From Octopus vulgaris (taxonomy: Eukaryota): 64,000 nucleotides of DNA. Positions 55,320-64,000 of this stretch are shown piece after piece (the stretch's first letter is position 1; each line of letters opens with the position of its first letter). Where the stretch lies: NCBI GenBank assembly GCA_951406725.2, contig OX597816.1, positions 64,914,001 through 64,978,000 on the forward strand. The letters are read 5' to 3'. Under the pieces are notes generated by a model. It was not told the DNA's origin and did not search any database. It saw only the letters and a list, made by a program, of their open reading frames with translations. The translations under genes and the position numbers were made by a program.

Positions 55320-56330
55320 TGGGACTGTCTAATCATACCATGTATAAAAGAAGCCCTGGAACTGTTTGAATTTTAAAGAGGCCGTATTGTGGGTAGTTCT
55401 GAAGATTGGCATAGTCAGCGTAAAACCGCAGAAAATCTTGGAATCCCGCTTTCTACACTTAATAGAGTGAATGTTCAATTCACCTGAAAGGGAATGGAGT
55501 GCACATCACCTCAACCAGATCAACCAGGATCCTCTGAAAAAACCCTTCTGTTTGTTAAGAACAGTGTGGAAGATAATCCTTGTTGCAATGGCTCTGACAT
55601 AGCAGAACGAGTTGATGTCAGTCCCAGAACAGCTGTCAGGTATCTCCACAAACTTGGTTATTATGTCAGAGCAGCAAGATGGAAGACACGCCTTCGACGA
55701 CCAACCAGCATCAAGTAGAGAAAAGATTGAAGCAGTGAGATGGTGGAAAGTCACTATCATTTTGGGACACTGTCATATACTCTGATGAGTCCAGATTTGC
55801 TGTATTTCCTGACAGTGGCCGAGTGTGGGTCTGGAGACTGTGATCAAGAATTTGATGTGAAAAGATTGCAACCAACAATGAGACACGGAAGCTATTCTGT
55901 AATGGTCTAGGGAGCAATTTGGAGCAATGGTTGATCAGAGATGGTTGAGTGTGAGGGAAGCACCAACTCATATAAATATGTGTCTATATTGCAGAAAGGA
56001 CTCCTTACAATCTTCTCCAGTGGAGAAATGATTAAAGAACACTTTATTTAGGGAAGGCGGGGCTCTATGTCACTCGGCTAAGATAACTCAAGATTTGTTG
56101 GATGACAATGGCATTAAAAAGCTTCCACGGCGAAGCCAGTCACCAGATATGGACCCAATTGTACACATCTGAGACATAATGGACATGGTGCTTCATAAAG
56201 TGAACAAGAAAGTATCTTCAAAGCCAGACCTTTTGAGTTTACTGCAAGAAATTCCGCAAGAGAATATTCGTCATCCGATCAGTAACATGCCTAATTGAAA
56301 AATGCAAAGGGCACGTCTGCTAAATATTAA
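55320..56330 (+). pseudogene. Tc1-family transposase pseudogene
   Basis: EL.EF.RGRIVG (HTH start), WDTVIYSDESRF, SVMV.GAIW, ALCHSAK, SQSPDMDPI and AKGTSAKY*, with several stops and frameshifts. Confidence 0.9.
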
Positions 56331-56453
56331 ATGTTCGTATTATAACAATCAATAGATAATTTGAAGAATAATTTCAGATTTAAATTAATCTTAATGATTA
56401 TAAGGCTGTCTATTTACGTCTGTCATGTCTGTGCATGTGCACACATATACATA

Positions 56454-56645
56454 TACGAGGCTGTACTGAGAGTTCTTGGCTTTAAGGCTATCGTAAAAGG
56501 CCTTCCTTTTTCGTGGCTTAGAAAAACTAAAGGGCTGCAACAATAAGTGTGGGAATCTGAGAGGGGAATATGCTACATAAAATCATTATTAACTGAGCTC
56601 CTGTATTTTCTTTTACTCCAAGCAAGGAACTTTTTAGCGCCCCTT

Positions 56646-56649
<4 letters not shown>
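56454..56649 (+). mobile_element. Mariner-derived MITE
   Basis: Imperfect TIRs TACGAGGCTGTACTGAGAGTTCTTGGCTTT and AAGCAAGGAACTTTTTAGCGCCCCTTCTTA, TA flanks, and an internal remnant of the transposase end (KC.NLRGEY). Confidence 0.65.
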
Positions 56650-56696
<47 letters not shown>

Positions 56697-57224
56697 GTGT
56701 GTTCATGTGTGTGTGTGTTTGTCTGTGTGTGTGGTGGGGGATGAATGCCCCTGTGTGTGTCGGGGTTGGGCATGATTGCCTTCGAGTGTGTGTGTGTAGT
56801 GATGGTGCGTGCCTTGTAGTAAAGGTATTGTTCTCACGTTCGATTCTTGAGTAAAACACTTCGTTTCGTGTGGTTCTATGATCATTTTGAAATTTTTTCT
56901 CTGACGCTCCACGCATCTCTACAGGAAATATAGATTTGACAAAAGGAGTGAACTAATGTACGTCACAAATACTTGATCACTATAAGCAAATCATTTGTGC
57001 AGATTGTTTATGAAGAAACTGCGGAACCCACATTCTTCTTCCTTAAAAAGAGAGTCCATTATATGCATCTATACACAGGTTCGCTCGCATGCGCGCACAC
57101 GTGCACTGACACATTCATACACAGTTTTTCTCTGTATCTCACACACACGCACATACATACCTATACACACACACACATATATATATATATATGTTATATA
57201 TATATATATATATATATAACATAG

Positions 57225-57580
57225 ATATAAGAGGGATGACCACTAAGTGGACATCCATTATGCTAGAAGTAGATCCTGTATGGTCTTACCACTAAGAAAG
57301 GATTGTTCTGAAGAAAATTCAGTAAACGCCGGAACGTGAGCGAGCAAGACAAATGATACGATACAAAATATAAAGATATATTATGCCAGAAGTAGACCAC
57401 ATAGGAGGTCTACCTCTAACGTAATGGATGTCCACTTAGTGGTCATCCCACATATAAGTATGTAATATAACTTTTCTGAATCTTCAAACTTTTCAATATG
57501 CTAGACCATTGGTTTTAAATTGATATTAATCAAATTAATATTCAATTTCTCACCCTTATTATTTGAAATTTAAATTATAA
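57225..57580. repeat. Inverted arrangement of the 39143-family terminal repeat
   Basis: GGGATGACCACTAAGTGGACATCCATTA (about 57232-57259) is inverted at about 57422-57450. It shares GAGCGAGCAAGACAAATGA and ATGCTAGACCA..AATTGAT..ATCAAATTAATAT with 39143-39873. Confidence 0.8.
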
Positions 57581-57650
57581 CGAAAGAGATGACGAGCAAT
57601 TTCTTCGCAAGTTTCAATCTGCATGCAAAGCGATTTCATGTCTGCCTTGC

Positions 57651-57905
57651 GCAGAGGTGCGTGGCTTATCGGTCAGGGTGTTGGACTGATGGTCGTAAGA
57701 TTGTGGTTTCGCTTCCTGGACCAAGCTACGCTTCATGTTCTTGAGCAACGCAATACATTTCACGCTGCTGCAGTTCGCTCTGCTGACAAAAATGAGTAAT
57801 TCTGCGACGGGCTGGTGTTCCAGTAAGGTGTGGATAATACACCATGAAATCAGGAAAGCGGCCTTATGAGTCGATATAAATCGAAAAGGTAACTTCACCT
57901 TTACC
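57651..57905 (+). mobile_element. tRNA-derived SINE family C with 14-bp TSD
   Basis: A- and B-box-like head, then CTTGAGCAA..AAAATGAGTA..CTGCGACGGGCTGG. TSD CATGTCTGCCTTGC lies at 57637-57650 and 57906-57919. Confidence 0.8.
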
Positions 57906-58311
57906 CATGTCTGCCTTGCAAAAATTTTAGAAACGAACATGAATGCGCTGCCGTGGCTAATTCGGCATACAGTAGGTCTTTGCGCTCCATATCTGACACT
58001 TAGTGTACATGGTTGATTCGGTGGAGTCCTCACTACTGCAGTAGGACAAATAAACTAACCAAGTCGTTGTTGATGACTCGGTCAGTATATTCAATAATCA
58101 GAAACCTTTCCGGGTGGCACAAGTAGAACACAAGAGGCCGTCCTGGTCTGAAGTTGGCGCACCAGTTCTCCTATAAAGCAGTATCTTAAATGCTGCGATG
58201 TATCATTGATACAAAGAAGCTCCTTCCTTACCAGAAAAACTGAAATAATAGAAAAGAACATACGCGTTTACACACACAAGTGTATACATACATAAACACA
58301 CACACACACAC

Positions 58312-58462
<151 letters not shown>

Positions 58463-58746
58463 TCAATTACTCTTAATATAAATATTATATATGTGTGCGT
58501 GTGTGTGCGTGTATGTGCGTGTATCTACTTATATATAAAGCACTTCTATGTATACACACACCCATAAATGCACACACCTACATGTACATATAAAGGTATG
58601 AATATATCTATGGTAAGACACATATATATATGTGTGTGCGGGCGTGTGAGTATGTGCATGTGTGTGTGACTGTACAATATATATAGAAATACATATACTT
58701 GTATGTGTATATATAAACATATACACATACATATATATATATGTAT

Positions 58747-58788
<42 letters not shown>

Positions 58789-59094
58789 CCATATATATAT
58801 ATATATATGTATATATGTATATATACAAGTATATATATATATATAAGTATATGCATATACATATACACAAGTATATATATGTTCGTACGTATATGTATAT
58901 ATGTATATGTATGTGTGCATGTATGTGTGTATGCATGTATGTATGTATTTATGTACGTACGTATGTATATATGTATGTACGAATATATGTATGTATGTAC
59001 GTATGTATGTAAGTATGTATGTATGTATGTATGTATGAATATATGTATGTATGTAAGTATGTATGTTTGTATGTATGGACGTAAGTATGTATGA

Positions 59095-59127
<33 letters not shown>

Positions 59128-59297
59128 TGTTTGCATGTATGTATGTACGTACGTGTGTATGTATGAATATATGTATGTCTGTATGTATGTATGCATGTAT
59201 GTAAACCCACATGCATATTTACACGTGAATACGAATGTGTGGAAAGAGATTAGAGAAATCTTTCCCATGCATATTATGAATAAAAGTTGTTCTGCGG

Positions 59298-59351
<54 letters not shown>

Positions 59352-60230
59352 GAGAGAGAGAGAGAGAGAGCTCAGTGAATGTATTAAATAACAATTCGTG
59401 AAAACTGGGAAATAAATCCATGCAAGAGTGTGGAACAATATATTATATCAGCTGCCAATCAGCCATTGCAGATAACTGTATAAATAGATGGAGAAGCAAG
59501 GAAACGTAATGCGCCGAACTAGGCGATCTGTCACAACTTTGACAAGTTCAGAATTTGCCGGCACTTGCATTTCTAAAGCAATAATATATCGATTTAACCT
59601 TAACTGTGTAGTCGTATTTAAAATATTTATTGCATTAAACCAGTCACTGTCATCTCTCTCTCACTCGCACCATCACACCATCAAACATAAATATGAATAT
59701 ATGGATATGCTCATGTATATGCTCATGTATATGTGTTTGTCTGTATTTGTATGTGTGTGTGTGTGTGTGTGTGTATTACGTCTTGCTTATATGTATATTT
59801 ACACGTTAAATATATGTACATATCTAGTACGGCACTATGTAGAGTACAAGAAGTACCGCATACAGACACGCCCATTCTTATAAACACATACAAGGAAATA
59901 ACTATATGTATATGTGTATATTTGTGAACAAGGATATATATGTAAATATTGCGTCTGAATATATGTGTTCGGGCTTAAGTGTAAGAAGGTGTATCTTCTC
60001 TCAGTGATATGAGGGCAACATTATTAGATCCTCTCATTCAGTCATTCGCCAATAACGAACCACACAAAGCGATACTCTAAATTCTAAATTCTCTCTTTCA
60101 CTCTCTCTCTCTCTATCTCCTCAATGCATATTCATACCCCTACATACATACATATATATATATATATATGTGTGTGTATGTGTGTAAGTATGTATGTATG
60201 TATGTATGCGTGTGTGTGTGTGTGTGTATC

Positions 60231-60278
<48 letters not shown>

Positions 60279-60365
60279 GATAGATAGATAGATAGATAGA
60301 TAGATTGATAGATTGATAGATAGATCAAGATATAGATATATAGATATACATATATATATATATAA

Positions 60366-60406
<41 letters not shown>

Positions 60407-60501
60407 CATATATACATATTTATACATATATATATATTCACATATACATATATATATACATATATACATACACAGACGTGTGTGTGTGTGTATGTGTATG
60501 T

Positions 60502-60533
<32 letters not shown>

Positions 60534-61354
60534 GAAATGAACGTTGTTCTTTCTGTCATTATCTCACTTCACAATACAACACTTGCGGTAAGGAGAACAC
60601 AAAAGGAAAGCCATCAAAATGAAGCAAGGAATGGGCAAGGAAGAAAGTTCTTCCTTGTGCAAAGAGAACTTCACAGAAACTTGCTGATGACCTCGTCTAG
60701 TATAAGTGTGTCTTATAAAAATTGAATTGTTCCCCGAGAAATATAAATAAAAATATAAGGTTGAAATAGTGACTGGGGGGTACACGGAGCAAACTCCAAA
60801 CGAATATACTGTGATAAAGTAGAATATAAGTATTGCTGAAACGAAAGTTTAAAACATGGTTTAAAATTTCGCTGAAATCAAAGTAGATCGTATTTCTGAC
60901 CTAGTTATGATGTTAAAGAAATATTAGAGAAACAGAAGGAATTGAAGAGGACAAACTTAAATTCAAAATAATGACTAAAGCTTTACTGAAAGGAATGGTT
61001 CGATCTGTGATAAAAATAAATGGTTTCCAAAAATACATGTTGAGAGGAAGTAGGACACTCAATTTATCAAGGAGACAGCCTTTATTCTAACCTAATATTC
61101 CGAAAGAAACTTTGCAACACAGACTAAATGCTATTTGAATTCTTTAGTACAGTTCTCAAATCTTAATTATTATCTAGAAGACATGGTCTTATTTTTGGTC
61201 TTAAACAGGTGAATATACACTACCAGCGAAGTAGATTTGCGCCTAGTGATTTAGAAAGATCTGACAAAGGTCAAGTAACTGGGTATGGACTTTTGCATAT
61301 ACTCAATTACTTGTGTATACATACAAGCACATACACACACACGCACACACACAA

Positions 61355-61416
<62 letters not shown>

Positions 61417-61634
61417 AATAACAATAGGGTAATAAGAAATTATTATTACCAATGGCCTAGCACAAAAACGAATTTGTCATTAGACTATATATTATTCACA
61501 TAGAATAATATATATTTATAATAATATTATTGGTAAAAACGGTAAGATAACAAAAGAAAGAAAGAGACCTCAATATTATGTAAATAGAGGAAATGTATCG
61601 ATAAAATAATATGTTACAATTACTCAATAGTCAA

Positions 61635-61695
61635 GATAAAACTCTGAGTTTCAGATGCCGAAGTGGAAATCCACAACACCATCTCTTCGGTTATC
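61635..61695 (-). ncRNA. Type I hammerhead motif, CCGAAGA (U4C) core, sense to the PLE ORF
   Basis: GAUAA CCGAAGA GAUGGUG UUGUGGAUUUCCACUU CGGCAUC U GAAAC UCAGA GUU UUAUC. Confidence 0.68.
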
Positions 61696-62479
61696 TGGCC
61701 ATCTGAAAAAACTGTGTTATAATTCTGCTACTTATATAAAGTAAGATAAAAATTTCATAGTAAACACGTAAACATGGCTAGTCATACGCTCACTTGTGCG
61801 CTCGCGGATCCACGTGCATACCATACGTCACTATGAAAATGTACACATCTTCACTCGCATTTTTCGCCAAATATATACGCATATATATATATACAAACTC
61901 ATGCACACACACATGCGTACCGTAAAAGTCCATACAAACGTCTACATACACACAAGCACAAGAAAAACCATGGTTAAAGGTAACAGAAAAAAAACATAAG
62001 GAAGTGTACAAAGCATAAAAACCACGTTCATATACGGACATGCCCTTATGCACTCATACGCACACACGCCCATATATGTACATACCCGCACATGTTTATA
62101 TACGCATACACACACACGCATATACAAAAAATGAATATACATATGCCCCCCCCAAAAAAAATCTAAAAAAATGGAAAAATACTAAGTAAAAACGTCTATA
62201 TATATATGCATTCTTATGTCCGCACACACGCACACATCTAAAACTGCCCACTTATACATATTCTCACACGTGTACAAATGAATCTATATACACGTCTATA
62301 TAGGCACAGGAAAAATGCAGGATAGAAAAGTAGAGAAAAAATTATTATGTGTGAAAAAATAAAAATATATGAAATAATAAAAGGTATAATGAGATAAAAA
62401 ACTTCTTGGGACATAATATATAAAGCAAGTTCTATCTGTTTTCTTTAGGGGACCAAAAACGTAACAAACATTTTGTCAC

Positions 62480-63125
62480 ATATGGGCATGATCCGAAAAG
62501 TTCTGTCCTTGAGTTTAGACATGTAGTAGGGTCTAAGCTGCTTTTCCAGATAAGCTAACTCTCCATGTCGCATAGACAACACTTTCCGCTGCCGTTGGTG
62601 TAAGGCTTACATTTTGCCAAAATCTTCCAATGGATGTTATAATCGACACCTTTATCTTTTAAAGACCAAATATGATTAGATAATTTTGTCGCTTTTCTTT
62701 TGTTCCAGTGCCTAAAACTGAAGATGTGGTTATTGAACCTGGCCTTGAAATTACCCTCTGTAAGGCCCACGTATTTCTTCGTCGAAACGGTGTCTTTAGT
62801 GGTTATAGAGTCCACGGTAGCTTCATAGATGATGGTCCCGGACATGCAAGCTCCATTTAGCGGGCACAATTTTTTTATTCCTGCATGAACAGTTGTTTTC
62901 TTGTGGTTTTTGTGTGTTATGTTTGATTATATTTTTTTTAATTGGTAGTTGAACTAAAACAAATTTTTAAATTGTGTTTATTGAAGAGTTTCCTGTAAGT
63001 ATGGTTAACTGGAAAATGTCTATCTATCAGTGTTAAGAAATATTTACCTATATTGAAGGTCACGTCGGGCGAGTAAGGGGGTGTAAACCAGATGATCTTC
63101 CTATTTCTATTTTTCCTCTTCTTTA
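62480..63125 (-). pseudogene. PLE ORF C-terminus: linker plus GIY-YIG endonuclease, disrupted
   Basis: RKIIWFTPPYS..NIGKYFLTLIDRHFP..KLFNKHNLKI and CPLNGAC..IIYEATV..YVGLTEGNFKARFNNH..ATKLSNHIW..CCLC. Confidence 0.9.
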
Positions 63126-63144
63126 CTGTTTTTTCAGATGGCCA

Positions 63145-63205
63145 GATAACCGAAGAGATGGTGTTGTGGATTTCCACTTCGGCATCTGAAACTCAGAGTT
63201 TTATC
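63145..63205 (+). ncRNA. Type I hammerhead motif, CCGAAGA core (inverted copy of 61635-61695)
   Basis: Same sequence on the plus strand, with stem I GAUAA/UUAUC. Confidence 0.68.
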
Positions 63206-63922
63206 TTTACTATTGAGTAATTGTAACATATTATTTTATAGATATATATAATAATATATATATACAAGAAACTGAGTGCATGCAGATACCTATATTCAGT
63301 CATGTATGTGCGTGTGTGGTGGACGTATGAATATATCTATCAGTCTATCATTTTGTCGTCCTTTGCTTTTTTCAATTATATAACGAAAACATAATGCCAT
63401 CCAATTAAAGACACAAAACGGTTCTTAAAAGTATCTACAATTCTGCTGAGAACCAGACAGAAATGGTCAATGGCGGCAAGAAACAGAATAAAAAATGAAA
63501 GTAAACGGTTTCTTACATTTGTGATAATAAAAAAGGGAGAAAGGTGTGAAAAATGTGAGGAAAACTAGTATGGAGATTGGGAGTTGGCAGGGCATCTTTT
63601 AGAGTGTAAACAAGGAACAAATTTGATATTGCAATTAGGTGTGAGGAACGTAAGATAATACACCTTGCTGAATTAACTGTTCCACATAAAAAAATCAAGG
63701 TAAAGCTGAAGTCGGGAACGACAGGTGTCATAAGTGGCTACTGGAAGATTCTGTACCTATTTATTGAAGTGATGAACACTTTCATGTTGAAGTGGATTGT
63801 AGATGATTTATTAGAAACAAAATGTGACAGTACTTGCTATCAATTATCGTCAATCATCGTCAATCATATGCCATTATGCCATTTTGAAAGAAACTACGTT
63901 ATGCAGACTTTTCGATGTCCGA

Positions 63923-64000
<78 letters not shown>

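Larger units (their letters stand above)
61510..63246 (-). mobile_element. 5'-truncated Penelope-like element bounded by inverted pseudo-LTR ends, each with a hammerhead
   Basis: The GIY-YIG ORF is on the minus strand. 61600-61713 is the reverse complement of about 63127-63243. Confidence 0.9.

Overview
AT-rich, microsatellite-dense animal DNA. The SINE families and (TA)n/(CA)n/(TACA)n/(AAT)n load suggest a cephalopod, probably Octopus (recalled from repeat types, not searched). There is no intact protein-coding gene, and almost every ORF in the track is a microsatellite artefact. One candidate 40-nt micro-exon suggests the window may be intronic. Recognisable content: three tRNA-derived SINE families (some with target-site duplications, one as a recurring dimer); two 5'-truncated Penelope-like elements (PLEs) with GIY-YIG endonuclease remnants; a Helitron Rep-helicase relic and a non-autonomous Helitron; Tc1 and mariner relics; CR1- and RTE-type LINE fragments; a 5S rRNA pseudogene; and a near-identical 3 x ~860 bp tandem array. 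The main signal is about a dozen minimal type I hammerhead ribozyme motifs in at least seven PLE-like terminal-repeat families. They include non-canonical cores with compensatory changes at the 3-8 pair (C3-G8, G3-C8, U3-A8), plus A6U and U4C variants. Most sit in insertions whose two ends are the same terminus in inverted orientation, usually next to (TA)n. All folds were read by eye and none has been tested for activity.
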